Shown here piece by piece: positions 48,035-57,287 of a stretch of DNA of 64,000 bases (positions are counted from its first letter, which is position 1; each line of letters opens with the position of its first letter). The stretch spans positions 15,944 to 79,943 of the forward strand of contig CACMMU010000001.1 in the NCBI GenBank assembly GCA_902614835.1, in the 5' to 3' direction. A model generated the notes under the pieces. It had not been told where the DNA came from, made no database searches, and saw nothing but the letters and a program-made list of their open reading frames with translations. The DNA is from an uncultured Pelagibacteraceae bacterium (GTDB lineage: Bacteria; Pseudomonadota; Alphaproteobacteria; Pelagibacterales; Pelagibacteraceae). Position numbers and translations under genes: made by a program.

Positions 48035-48953
48035 AATTTATCTAGCTGCACCGAGGGGTTTTTGTGCCGGTGTAGATAGAGCAATAGAAATTGTGAAAAA
48101 GGCTTTGGATAAGTACGGTTCACCGGTATACGTAAGACATGAGATTGTTCATAATAAAAATGTAGTTGAATCACTTAAAAAACTTGGAGCAATTTTTGTA
48201 GAAGAGATTTCAGAAATATCAGATTTATCTAGACCTGTTATTTTCTCTGCACATGGGGTTCCTAAAAAAGTTCCCGAAGAAGCAAAACTTAAAAAAATTT
48301 TTTATGTCGATGCTACTTGTCCTTTAGTTTCAAAAGTGCATCGGGAAACTGAACAGCTATATAAGAGAGGTTTCGATATTGTCCTTATAGGTCACAAAAA
48401 TCACCCTGAGGTAATTGGAACAATGGGGCAATTGCCGGAAGGTTCAATCAAACTAATTGAAACCGTTGATGAAGTTAATGATTTAAAATTTTCGAAACCA
48501 TTGGCATACGTAACACAAACAACTTTATCTGTTGATGATACTAAAGAAATAATTGATGCTCTAAAGCTAAAATTTCCTGAAATAAAAGGTCCGATCAAAG
48601 AGGATATTTGTTATGCTACAACAAATAGGCAGGCTGCAGTTAAAAAAATTGCTCCTAATTGTGAAATGTTCTTTGTTATTGGAAGCAGAAACTCATCTAA
48701 TTCTGCAAGATTGGTTGAGGTAGCAAAAAAATCAGGATGTGAAAAATCAGAACTTATTTTTTATGGAAAAAAAGCTCCTTTAGAAAAAATAAAAAATTGT
48801 AAGACTATTGGATTATCGTCTGGAGCTTCAGCGCCAGAGGAATTGGTTCAAAATTTTATTACTGAAATCAAAAAAGATATGAACGTTTCAATTGAGGAAG
48901 TTGTAACAGCAAACGAGAAAGTAGTTTTTAAATTACCTAAAGAATTAAATTAA
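48018..48953 (+). CDS. ispH: 4-hydroxy-3-methylbut-2-enyl diphosphate reductase
   Basis: RGFCAGVDRAI (Cys1), VDATCPLVSKVH (Cys2), ICYATTNRQ (Cys3) and SSNS. Confidence 0.96.
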   Translation: MKNEIKIYLAAPRGFCAGVDRAIEIVKKALDKYGSPVYVRHEIVHNKNVVESLKKLGAIFVEEISEISDLSRPVIFSAHGVPKKVPEEAKLKKIFYVDATCPLVSKVHRETEQLYKRGFDIVLIGHKNHPEVIGTMGQLPEGSIKLIETVDEVNDLKFSKPLAYVTQTTLSVDDTKEIIDALKLKFPEIKGPIKEDICYATTNRQAAVKKIAPNCEMFFVIGSRNSSNSARLVEVAKKSGCEKSELIFYGKKAPLEKIKNCKTIGLSSGASAPEELVQNFITEIKKDMNVSIEEVVTANEKVVFKLPKELN

Positions 48954-49922
48954 ATGGCTGTATATACAAAATTAGAAAAAGAAGAAATCAATAATGTTTT
49001 ATTGAATTATAAATTAGGTAAGCTGAAAAGATTTGAAGGCATAAAGGATGGTATTGAAAATACAAATTACTTTATCGAAACTGAAAAAGGAAAATATATT
49101 TTAACAATTTATGAGAGAAGAGTTAAAGAAAACGATCTTCCATTTTTTTCAAATTTAATGGTCGAAATTAGTAAAAATGGTTTTATCTGTCCAAAACCAA
49201 TAGCAAATAAAGAAAATAATTATATTTCAAATATTAATAATAAAAAATTTATGATTGTGAGTTTTTTAGATGGTAAATCTAAAAATAATCTATCTCCTCT
49301 TGAGTGTAAAATTGTTGGCAACCAAATTGCAAGACTACATCAAATAACAAAAAATTTTAAATTTATTAGAAAAAATGATTTATCAATACGATCTTGGAGA
49401 AGCATATTTGCTCAGGTTAAAGATAAGTGTAATAAAATTCATCCTGAACTTCCAAAGTTAATTGAGGCAAATTTAATAAGTATTGAAAAAGAGTGGCCAA
49501 AAAACTTACCGTCTGGGATTATACACGCAGATTTATTTAGTGATAATATTTTTTTTAAAAATAATAAATTTTCTGGATTTATTGATTTTTATTTTTCTTG
49601 TAATGATTTTTATGCTTTTGAAATCGCAATATGCTTCAATGCATTATGCTTTGATGGTGTAAAACAAAACCTGAGTTTTAATGTTACTAAAGCAAAAAAG
49701 TTAATGGACGGATATAACGAGGTTAGGAAAATATCAAAAGATGAAAAAATAGCCTTAAAAGTTCTCTCTCAAGGTGCTGCTTTGAGATTTCTTCTCACAA
49801 GGGTTTTTGATTATCTAAATACAGTTGATGATGCGGTTGTTAAAATTAAAGATCCCGAAGAATATCTTAAAAGATTAGAATTTCATAAAAATGCAAAAAG
49901 TTACGAGGATTACTTAATTTAA
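48954..49922 (+). CDS. thrB: homoserine kinase (ThrB, aminoglycoside-phosphotransferase-like type)
   Basis: APH-fold motifs ([11 protein letters not shown]; [13 protein letters not shown]; GFIDFYF). The ispH-thrB-rnhA order is conserved in alphaproteobacteria (from memory). Confidence 0.87.
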   Translation: MAVYTKLEKEEINNVLLNYKLGKLKRFEGIKDGIENTNYFIETEKGKYILTIYERRVKENDLPFFSNLMVEISKNGFICPKPIANKENNYISNINNKKFMIVSFLDGKSKNNLSPLECKIVGNQIARLHQITKNFKFIRKNDLSIRSWRSIFAQVKDKCNKIHPELPKLIEANLISIEKEWPKNLPSGIIHADLFSDNIFFKNNKFSGFIDFYFSCNDFYAFEIAICFNALCFDGVKQNLSFNVTKAKKLMDGYNEVRKISKDEKIALKVLSQGAALRFLLTRVFDYLNTVDDAVVKIKDPEEYLKRLEFHKNAKSYEDYLI

Positions 49923-49923
49923 A

Positions 49924-50349
49924 ATGAAGTATAAAATTTATACTGATGGAGCATGTTCTGGAAATCCAGGTAAAGGAGGTTGGGCAGCAATAATTTTAAA
50001 TGAAAAATCTATTCAATCTAATGTTTCTGGCGGTGAAAATAGCACAACAAATAATAGAATGGAATTAATGGCTCCAATTATGGCTTTAAATAAAATAAAA
50101 AAAAGTTCAGAAATTATAATCTATACTGATTCAAAGTATGTCAAAGATGGTATTACCGAATGGATTAAAAAATGGAAATTAAACAATTGGAAAAGTGCAA
50201 ATAAGAAGCCAGTGAAAAATAAAGATCTTTGGATTAAATTAGATAATTCATGTCAAAAACATAAAGTTACTTGGAAATGGGTTAAAGCACATGCGGGAAA
50301 TAAATTTAATAATCTTGTTGATGAGTTGGCTGTATTAGAAACTAAATAG
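49924..50349 (+). CDS. rnhA: ribonuclease HI
   Basis: [29 protein letters not shown] and [14 protein letters not shown]. Confidence 0.95.
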   Translation: MKYKIYTDGACSGNPGKGGWAAIILNEKSIQSNVSGGENSTTNNRMELMAPIMALNKIKKSSEIIIYTDSKYVKDGITEWIKKWKLNNWKSANKKPVKNKDLWIKLDNSCQKHKVTWKWVKAHAGNKFNNLVDELAVLETK

Positions 50350-50830
50350 TATTTAAAAAACTTTCAGCAGCTGATAGTTCACAAATGGCTGTCTCTTTTT
50401 CTACCTCAATCTTTTTTACAACTCTGTTTTCTACTAGCATTGTATACCTGTTAGATCTTACTCCTAAACCTTTTTCAGACTTGTCCACCTCAGCTCCAAT
50501 AGCTTTAGTAAATTTGCAAAAAGGATCACCTGCCATGAATATTTTATCACCTACATTTTGATTTTGACCCCAAGCTTTCATCACATTTGGATCATTTACT
50601 GCTATACAAACAATTTTTGTTATTCCTTTTGCTTTTGCATTTTCATAGTTATTTATAAAACCAGGTAAATGTTTTGCTGAACAGGTTTTGGTAAAAGCTC
50701 CTGGCACTCCTAATATGATTGCTTTTTGATTTTTGAATAAAGAGATGGTATTGGTTTTTTTTATTTCATTTGCTTGATCTAAATAAAAAAATTCGGAATC
50801 TGGCAATTTATCCTCTAATTTAATTTTCAT
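50342..50830 (-). CDS. peroxiredoxin (Prx5/type II subfamily)
   Basis: [11 protein letters not shown] peroxidatic Cys context and 162 aa length. ATGA overlap with the thrC stop. Confidence 0.9.
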   Translation of the reverse strand: MKIKLEDKLPDSEFFYLDQANEIKKTNTISLFKNQKAIILGVPGAFTKTCSAKHLPGFINNYENAKAKGITKIVCIAVNDPNVMKAWGQNQNVGDKIFMAGDPFCKFTKAIGAEVDKSEKGLGVRSNRYTMLVENRVVKKIEVEKETAICELSAAESFLNTI

Positions 50831-52203
50831 GAAAGTTTTCCTAAAATATAATTTTTTACATCCGAAGTATTATTTTCTAAAATATCATACTTTTCCTTCT
50901 TGTCTAATATACCTCTCATTTGTTTTGGCATTTTTACTTCCTCATTGGTTGCCATTTTTATAGTTTCTAAAAACTTATATGGATGTGCCGTTCCTAAGAT
51001 CAAAATTTCAAAATCTCCCTTCACGTTCTTAGCAGCTCCTACTGCTGTTGCAGTATGTGGATCTATTAGAAAATTATATTTTTCAGAAAAAGTTTTAATA
51101 ATTTTTAAAGTTTCTTTGTCAGTAACTTTATTTGCAAAAAAATCTTTTTTTATAGTTTTTATTTGTTCTTTATTTAATTTAAATGAACCTTCTGATAAAA
51201 GCTTAGACATTAAATTTGATACTTTTTTGTCATCATGATTTAAAACATCAAAAAGCAGTCTTTCAAAATTGCTTGATATCTGAACGTCCATACTTGGGGA
51301 TAGCGATGGTTTTACTTTGCTCGGTTTGTATTCGCCGAAGTTAATTACTCTTTCTAAAATATCATTTTCATTTGTTGCTACAATTAATTTTTCTATTGGA
51401 AGGCCCATCTTTTTAGCAACATATCCAGCATAAATATCCCCAAAGTTACCTGTTGGAACAGAAAAAATTATTTTTTTATTTTTAAATTTAAAGGCTGAAT
51501 AAAAGTAATAAACTATTTGGCAAACTATCCTTGCCCAATTAATTGAGTTAACCCCTGACATATTAATTTTTTCCCTAAAATTATTCTCGGAAAACATTTC
51601 TTTTACTAACTTTTGGCAATCATCAAATGTCCCTTTGACTGCTAAATTATAAATGTTATTTGAGCCTATAGTTGTCATAATTTTTCTCTGCATTTTCGAA
51701 ATTTTGTTATGTGGGTGTAAAACAAATACATTAATATTTTTTCTATCATTGAGTGCTGCGATAGCGGCTGAACCAGTATCTCCTGATGTTGCAACAACAA
51801 CATTGACTGCTTTAGCAGATGCGATTTTGAGTTCATCATATAAATTACCCAAAACTTGCATGGCGATATCTTTAAAAGCAAGAGTTGGTCCGTGGTATAA
51901 CTCTACTAAATTAACATCACCTACTTTTTTAATTTTTACAACCTCCTCAGTTATAAAACTTTGATAGGATTTTTTTATTAATTTTTTTAAATTATTTTTA
52001 TCTATGTCTGGAGAGCAAAAAAGTGAAATTATTTCTGCTGCGAGGTCTGTGTAAGTAAGTTGGCTTAGCCCTTCAATTTCAGATTTATTAAAAGTTTTAA
52101 TTTTTTTTGGAATAAACAGACCTCCGTCTGGCGCCAAACCTCTTAGAAAAATTTCTTTGAAATTATAATTTAAATTTTTATTCCTTGTACTAATATATTC
52201 CAC
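50827..52203 (-). CDS. thrC: threonine synthase
   Basis: 458 aa. STRN...GLAPDGGLFIP N-terminus and the PLP lysine context (HGPTLAFKDIA). Uses a GTG start at 52203. Confidence 0.95.
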   Translation of the reverse strand: MEYISTRNKNLNYNFKEIFLRGLAPDGGLFIPKKIKTFNKSEIEGLSQLTYTDLAAEIISLFCSPDIDKNNLKKLIKKSYQSFITEEVVKIKKVGDVNLVELYHGPTLAFKDIAMQVLGNLYDELKIASAKAVNVVVATSGDTGSAAIAALNDRKNINVFVLHPHNKISKMQRKIMTTIGSNNIYNLAVKGTFDDCQKLVKEMFSENNFREKINMSGVNSINWARIVCQIVYYFYSAFKFKNKKIIFSVPTGNFGDIYAGYVAKKMGLPIEKLIVATNENDILERVINFGEYKPSKVKPSLSPSMDVQISSNFERLLFDVLNHDDKKVSNLMSKLLSEGSFKLNKEQIKTIKKDFFANKVTDKETLKIIKTFSEKYNFLIDPHTATAVGAAKNVKGDFEILILGTAHPYKFLETIKMATNEEVKMPKQMRGILDKKEKYDILENNTSDVKNYILGKLS

Positions 52204-52340
52204 TAGCTAGACGATTTCTGTCCTTTTTTAAAGTATTTTTTCCAGGACAAATTAAGTAGTCCTAAAAGTACAAATGAGAGAACAATGATTAATAATGCGG
52301 TCTGACCACCAGAAGTATCTGATATACATACTGCGCACAT
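52203..52340 (-). CDS. unlisted 45-codon ORF: N-terminal CxxC + single TM + basic tail (candidate oxidase-assembly small protein)
   Basis: Hand translation: MCAVCISDTSGGQTALLIIVLSFVLLGLLNLSWKKYFKKGQKSSS*. It is below the ORF-track size cut-off. It fills the only sizeable gap (169 nt) in the cox-thrC gene chain, and its TAG shares one base with the thrC GTG start (TAGTG). No clear SD. Confidence 0.4.
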   Translation of the reverse strand: MCAVCISDTSGGQTALLIIVLSFVLLGLLNLSWKKYFKKGQKSSS

Positions 52341-52372
52341 ATTTAGAATTTCAGGATTGGAAGTTTCTAATA

Positions 52373-52807
52373 TCATTTTTTAAAAAAAATAAATTGAATT
52401 ATAGCCTCTTTTATATTCTTTGTCACATTAGGGTCAACTAATAAAACTAGCGCGTATTTTTCTTTTTCGCCTACTTTAAAAGTCTGTTCCTCATAACAAA
52501 AACAGTTCATTTTAGTCATATAATCTTTAAGTTCAGGAGGATAAACCTGAAAAGTTGCCATTCCTGTAATCTTTTTTTCGCTCAAATTTCTTACATAATA
52601 ATTTATAGTTTTTACTTCTCCAGGTTTTAAAATTATAAGATTTTTATCTGTTTTAAACTCTAAAGGTAAATCTTTATGAACGCTAGTTATTAGCTTGGCT
52701 GAAATTCTTTGGTTATTATTTTTTTTATTTAATAAAAATAAAACTGAAACAATAATTACAATAGCTAGAAAGCTTAATATGAAAATTATTTTTTTATCTT
52801 TAAGCAA
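52373..52807 (-). CDS. ctaG: cytochrome c oxidase assembly protein CtaG/Cox11 (short form)
   Basis: Single N-terminal TM plus a Cox11 beta-domain with the copper motif CFC (KMNCFCYEEQTF). 8-nt overlap with ctaB. Confidence 0.83.
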   Translation of the reverse strand: MLKDKKIIFILSFLAIVIIVSVLFLLNKKNNNQRISAKLITSVHKDLPLEFKTDKNLIILKPGEVKTINYYVRNLSEKKITGMATFQVYPPELKDYMTKMNCFCYEEQTFKVGEKEKYALVLLVDPNVTKNIKEAIIQFIFFKK

Positions 52808-53714
52808 ATCTATCCACTAAGATTGATATGAAAATAGCAAACAAATAAAGAATTGAGAAAGCAAATATTTGTTTTGCTATGGTTTTCTCATTTTTGGATT
52901 CTTTTGATTTGTAAAGCCTAAAGCATATAAAAATATAATATGCGCTTAAAGGAAATGAAAAAAGTAAATAGATTAGACCAAAAAATTCTAAGTAATATGG
53001 GGCAATTGCGACTGGAAAAAGGAAAATTGAATATAAAAGAATATTTTTTTTTGTAATTTCTACACCTGATGTAACTGGTAACATTGGGATATTGGCTTTT
53101 TTATAATCTTCAGATTTAAACAGGCTTAAAGCCCAAAAATGAGAAGGAGTCCACATAAAAATAATTAGAAACAAAATAATAGGCTCTATCGAAACACCCC
53201 CTGTTGCTATTGACCATCCTATTACTGGTGGCAATGCACCGGCTGCTCCTCCAATTACAATGTTTTGAGGCGTCTTTCTTTTAAGCCAAATAGTATAAAC
53301 AAATACATAAAATAAAATTGTTAAAGCAAGTAAAGAAGCTGCCATGAGATTAGAGAAAAAATATAATGCTCCTACTGAAACAAAAGAAGATACTACTCCA
53401 AATATAAGAGCCTCTTTTTTGGTTAATTTACCTGTTGGTATTGGTCTTAAACAGGTTCTAGACATAACCTTGTCCACATCAGCCTCATACCAGCAGTTTA
53501 AAGATCCAGCGGCACCTGACCCAAGAGCAACAGCAGTGATAGATAAAATTGCATACCAATAGTCGACGCTTTTGTATGGCGCTATTAAAAATCCAACTAC
53601 ACATGTAAAAATAGCTAGTGACATTACTCTTGGCTTCATCAATTCAAATAAAGCCTTAACGTAATGAGTTAAATCAAATTTAAAATCTCTAGTTTTTGTG
53701 TGGGTATTTAACAA
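52800..53714 (-). CDS. ctaB: protoheme IX farnesyltransferase (heme o synthase)
   Basis: UbiA-superfamily motifs (NCWYEADVDKVMSRTCLRPIP; YTIWLKR; WTPSHFWAL). Confidence 0.95.
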   Translation of the reverse strand: MLNTHTKTRDFKFDLTHYVKALFELMKPRVMSLAIFTCVVGFLIAPYKSVDYWYAILSITAVALGSGAAGSLNCWYEADVDKVMSRTCLRPIPTGKLTKKEALIFGVVSSFVSVGALYFFSNLMAASLLALTILFYVFVYTIWLKRKTPQNIVIGGAAGALPPVIGWSIATGGVSIEPIILFLIIFMWTPSHFWALSLFKSEDYKKANIPMLPVTSGVEITKKNILLYSIFLFPVAIAPYYLEFFGLIYLLFSFPLSAYYIFICFRLYKSKESKNEKTIAKQIFAFSILYLFAIFISILVDRFA

Positions 53715-53732
53715 ATCAAATCCTATTTTAAA

Positions 53733-54083
53733 TTATTCACCTAAAACAAAATAAATAAGTCTTGTAAAAACAGTATATTTACCCTCGGCAACCATTAAAC
53801 CTACGAAACAGGCTATTGCAGTCATTGGCCACAATAAAATATTTACCAGAGCGTAACGTTCCCAAAAAAGGTGCATAAAAAAAGCCATGATCAAACCTGC
53901 TTTTAAAAACATAAAGAATAAAATTAGAGACCATCTTAAAAGACCTTGAAATTGATACCAGTCAACCATGTAGGAAAAAAAACTAAGAACAAATAGTAGG
54001 CCCCATATCCATAAGTATATTCCAATCTTATGGGTTGTTGCTGGTTTCTCTTTATTTTTGTTTACTTCTGTATTTTCATTCAT
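53733..54083 (-). CDS. prokaryotic cytochrome c oxidase subunit IV family protein
   Basis: 116 aa with 3 TM. The pattern ...LKAGLIMAFFMHL..E... is typical of COX4_pro/CyoD-like small subunits. Position follows the subunit III genes. Confidence 0.68.
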   Translation of the reverse strand: MNENTEVNKNKEKPATTHKIGIYLWIWGLLFVLSFFSYMVDWYQFQGLLRWSLILFFMFLKAGLIMAFFMHLFWERYALVNILLWPMTAIACFVGLMVAEGKYTVFTRLIYFVLGE

Positions 54084-54092
54084 TGTAAAACA

Positions 54093-54797
54093 TTACCAAA
54101 GATAGAAGAATGCGAAAATAAAAACCCAAACTAAATCCACAAAATGCCAATAAAGACCTAATATTTCAATTGAAACATAGTCTGATTTCATTGTTGTAAA
54201 AAATCCACGTCTACCGGTATCAAAATCTCCTCTGTAAACTTTTCTAGCAAAAATGAAAAGAAATATTACACCTATCGAAACATGGGTGCCATGAAAACCA
54301 GTTATCATGAAAAAGTAAGATCCAAATTGACCAGCGCCAAAAGGATTTGACCATGGTCTCACACCTTCGTGTATTAATTTTGACCACTCAAAAGCTTGCA
54401 TTCCGACAAAAATTAATCCGCCAATGGCTGTGGCAAGAATAAGTCGACCACACATTTTTCTATTTTTTTCATAACCATATTTAACGGCTAACGCCATGGT
54501 TCCGCTGCTAGTGATAAGCACAAAAGTCATTATAGCGATTAGAAGCAAGGGTACTGGTACGCCCATAAAATCTAATGAGAATACTTCGCTAGTATTTGGC
54601 CAATCAACTACTGTTGAAGCTCTACCTTTCATGTAAGAAATTAAAAAACAGCTAAAAATAAACGTGTCACTTAACAGAAATATCCACATCATTGCTTTGC
54701 CCCACTGAACACCCTTAAAAGCAGTTTGATCTGATCCTAAATCGCTAGGTACACTTTTCCAGCCTTTAGGAAGATTTTCTAATGATGAGTCTGACAT
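54093..54797 (-). CDS. heme-copper oxidase subunit III (CoxP-like)
   Basis: 234 aa with subunit III signatures FHGTHVSIGV and YWHFVDLVWVFIFAFFYLW. Confidence 0.88.
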   Translation of the reverse strand: MSDSSLENLPKGWKSVPSDLGSDQTAFKGVQWGKAMMWIFLLSDTFIFSCFLISYMKGRASTVVDWPNTSEVFSLDFMGVPVPLLLIAIMTFVLITSSGTMALAVKYGYEKNRKMCGRLILATAIGGLIFVGMQAFEWSKLIHEGVRPWSNPFGAGQFGSYFFMITGFHGTHVSIGVIFLFIFARKVYRGDFDTGRRGFFTTMKSDYVSIEILGLYWHFVDLVWVFIFAFFYLW

Positions 54798-54809
54798 AAT
54801 GAATTTTCC

Positions 54810-55442
54810 TTAACTTGATAACATTAATCCAAAAAGCACAATCCAAACAGCTAATAAAAAATGCCAATATACTGCGCAAGTGTCAATTAAATTATTAATC
54901 TCTTCTTTTTTAAGACTTCTTTTAATAAATTTTGAAGTTGTTTTTCCCCAAAAATATATTCCTCCAACTATATGAAGACCGTGGATTGTCGTAAACAAAT
55001 AGAAAAAAGCATTTGCAACATTAGTTGTCGCGTAGTGTCCGGTATTCATAAGTTGATACCAAACTATAAGTTGACCAATTAGAAAAGAGTAAGCAAGAAA
55101 TCCAACAAAGTATAAACCGTTTTTTGTTTTATCAAAAATATCATTTTGAGCATATTTTGTTGTCTTGTGAAAAACCAAGCTGCTTATAATTAAGATACTA
55201 GTATTTAGCCACAGCAACCAAGGTTCGGGCATATTTTTCCAATCGCTAATAAGCATACGATCAGAATATGCTACTATAAATAGTGAAAACAAAACCGTGC
55301 TAGCGGCCATTATTGTTCTTAAACCCAGCTTCTGTTTACTTAAATTTACTGTTTGACCTTGGTGTTGGTTGTCAGCTTCTATTTGATCTTTTTCCCAAGG
55401 CTTTTCAGTTAGTAATTGAAATATACTTTTCTTTTTGTTCAC
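54810..55442 (-). CDS. heme-copper oxidase subunit III-like protein (CoxO-like second copy)
   Basis: 210 aa with divergent subunit III signatures IHGLHIVGG and VYWHFLLAVWIVLF. 4-nt overlap with coxA. Confidence 0.78.
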   Translation of the reverse strand: MNKKKSIFQLLTEKPWEKDQIEADNQHQGQTVNLSKQKLGLRTIMAASTVLFSLFIVAYSDRMLISDWKNMPEPWLLWLNTSILIISSLVFHKTTKYAQNDIFDKTKNGLYFVGFLAYSFLIGQLIVWYQLMNTGHYATTNVANAFFYLFTTIHGLHIVGGIYFWGKTTSKFIKRSLKKEEINNLIDTCAVYWHFLLAVWIVLFGLMLSS

Positions 55443-57268
55443 GTCTTCTCAACTTTCGCTCCTATTATCTCACTTGGAGGTTGGTTTTGTGGGATATAAT
55501 CTTCCTTAGCTCCAGGGACGCTAAAGTCATAAGGCCATCTATAAACCTTAGGAAGTTCTTTGCCCCAATTACCATGTTCTGGAGGCATTTGAGGAGTTTG
55601 CCATTCTAATGAATTTGCCTTCCATGGATTCTTTTCAGATTTTTTTCCGAGTCTGGCGCTCGTAATTAAATTGTATAAAAATAATAATTGTGCTGCGCCA
55701 ACTATTAAGACTGCTATCGTAATAAATTTGTTCAAAAGCAAAGTAGATGTATCTATGTATGGGCTATCATAAATTTCAAAATATCTTCTTGGAACTCCAA
55801 CAAAACCTTGGTAGTGCATTGGAAAATAAATAGCATATGATCCGATAAAAGTTATCCAAAAATGGATTTTTCCAAGTGTTTCGTTCATCATTCTGCCTGT
55901 TATTAATGGGTACCAATGATAAATTGCTCCAAAAATTACAAGTATGGGTGCGATACCCATAACCATATGAAAGTGTGCTACTACAAAATAAGTATCGGAC
56001 AACGGAACGTCGACTGTTACGTTTCCTAGAAAGAGTCCTGTTAATCCACCATTTAAAAAAGTGACAATAAAACCTAATGAAAACAACATTGGCAATGATA
56101 ATTGAATATTTCCTCTCCAAAGGGTTAAAATCCAATTGTAAACTTTAATAGCTGTCGGAACAGCAATAATAAGTGTTGTTGTAGCAAAAAAGAATCCAAA
56201 CCAAGGGTTCATGCCACTTACATACATGTGGTGAGCCCATACGAAGAAACTTAGCGCGCCAATTCCAACTATTGCCCATACCATCATTCTATATCCAAAA
56301 ATTGTTTTTCTTGAATGAACTGAGAGCAAATCAGATACAATACCAAAGGCCGGTAATGCCACAATGTAAACTTCTGGGTGACCAAAAAACCAAAATAAAT
56401 GCTGGAACAATATCGGACTACCGCCCTCATGGGTTAATGTTTCTCCTAAGGATACCATTGCCGGCATAAAGAAACTTGTTCCTAGCAAGCTGTCTAGCGT
56501 CATCATTAAACAACCTACTAATAAAGCAGGAAATGCAAACATCGCTAAAACTGTTGCTGTAAATATTCCCCAAATTGTGAGAGGAAGTCTCATTAACGTC
56601 ATACCTCTAGCTCTTAGTTGCAATACTGTAATTATGTAATTAAGTCCTCCCATAGTAAAACCAGCAACAAAAAGTATTAGTGAGACCAGCATTAAAATTA
56701 TACCCATATCGCTTCCTGGGGTTCCTGCGGTAATAGCTTGTGGTGGATAAAGTGTCCAACCTGCTCCTGTTGGTCCTCCAGGTACAAAAAAACTTGCTAG
56801 TAAAACTACAACAGCAACAACGAAAGCCCAATAGCTGAGCATATTTACGTATGGGAAGGCCATGTCTCTGGCACCACACATAAGTGGTATTAATAAATTT
56901 CCAAATCCTCCTAAAAATAATGCAGTTAATAAATAAACGACCATTATCATTCCGTGCATTGTCACAAACTGGTAATACGCAGCTGGATCTAACCATCCTA
57001 GACCTGGAAAAGCTAATTGAATTCTCATCAACCAAGATAAAACCAAACCTAAAAGACCAGTTCCTACCGCTGTTAAAGCATATTGAATGCCAATATATTT
57101 AGCATCTTGTGAAAAGACATATGTGGTCCACCAACTGTGTGAGTGGTAAAGCTCTTGATCTGGAAGTTCTGCTTCTGGAACAGAATCTATTTCAGGTGCA
57201 GATACAGATGATGCATCTGTTGTGTAATCTGATTTTGCTTCTAACTTATGTTCGTATTCATCTGACAT
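55439..57268 (-). CDS. coxA: cytochrome c oxidase subunit I (A1-type)
   Basis: 609 aa. WFFGHPEVY (A1-type Glu), the CuB/heme a3 His ligands (HHMY..., VAHFHMV) and 12+ TM helices. Confidence 0.97.
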   Translation of the reverse strand: MSDEYEHKLEAKSDYTTDASSVSAPEIDSVPEAELPDQELYHSHSWWTTYVFSQDAKYIGIQYALTAVGTGLLGLVLSWLMRIQLAFPGLGWLDPAAYYQFVTMHGMIMVVYLLTALFLGGFGNLLIPLMCGARDMAFPYVNMLSYWAFVVAVVVLLASFFVPGGPTGAGWTLYPPQAITAGTPGSDMGIILMLVSLILFVAGFTMGGLNYIITVLQLRARGMTLMRLPLTIWGIFTATVLAMFAFPALLVGCLMMTLDSLLGTSFFMPAMVSLGETLTHEGGSPILFQHLFWFFGHPEVYIVALPAFGIVSDLLSVHSRKTIFGYRMMVWAIVGIGALSFFVWAHHMYVSGMNPWFGFFFATTTLIIAVPTAIKVYNWILTLWRGNIQLSLPMLFSLGFIVTFLNGGLTGLFLGNVTVDVPLSDTYFVVAHFHMVMGIAPILVIFGAIYHWYPLITGRMMNETLGKIHFWITFIGSYAIYFPMHYQGFVGVPRRYFEIYDSPYIDTSTLLLNKFITIAVLIVGAAQLLFLYNLITSARLGKKSEKNPWKANSLEWQTPQMPPEHGNWGKELPKVYRWPYDFSVPGAKEDYIPQNQPPSEIIGAKVEKT

Positions 57269-57287
57269 ATTTTAATTTCTTTATAGT

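Noticed and set aside
52325-52350. dif-like / XerCD site near TGCGCACATATTTAGAATT
   Set aside because: Only the TGCGCA part resembles the dif left arm. The central region and right arm (TGTATA-TTATGTTAAAT) are absent.
55776-57035. 119-aa and 131-aa minus-strand ORFs (55776-56135, 56640-57035) and + strand ORFs inside coxA
   Set aside because: They are out-of-frame or antisense shadows within the highly conserved subunit I gene. Their R/C/W-rich composition is atypical for this proteome.
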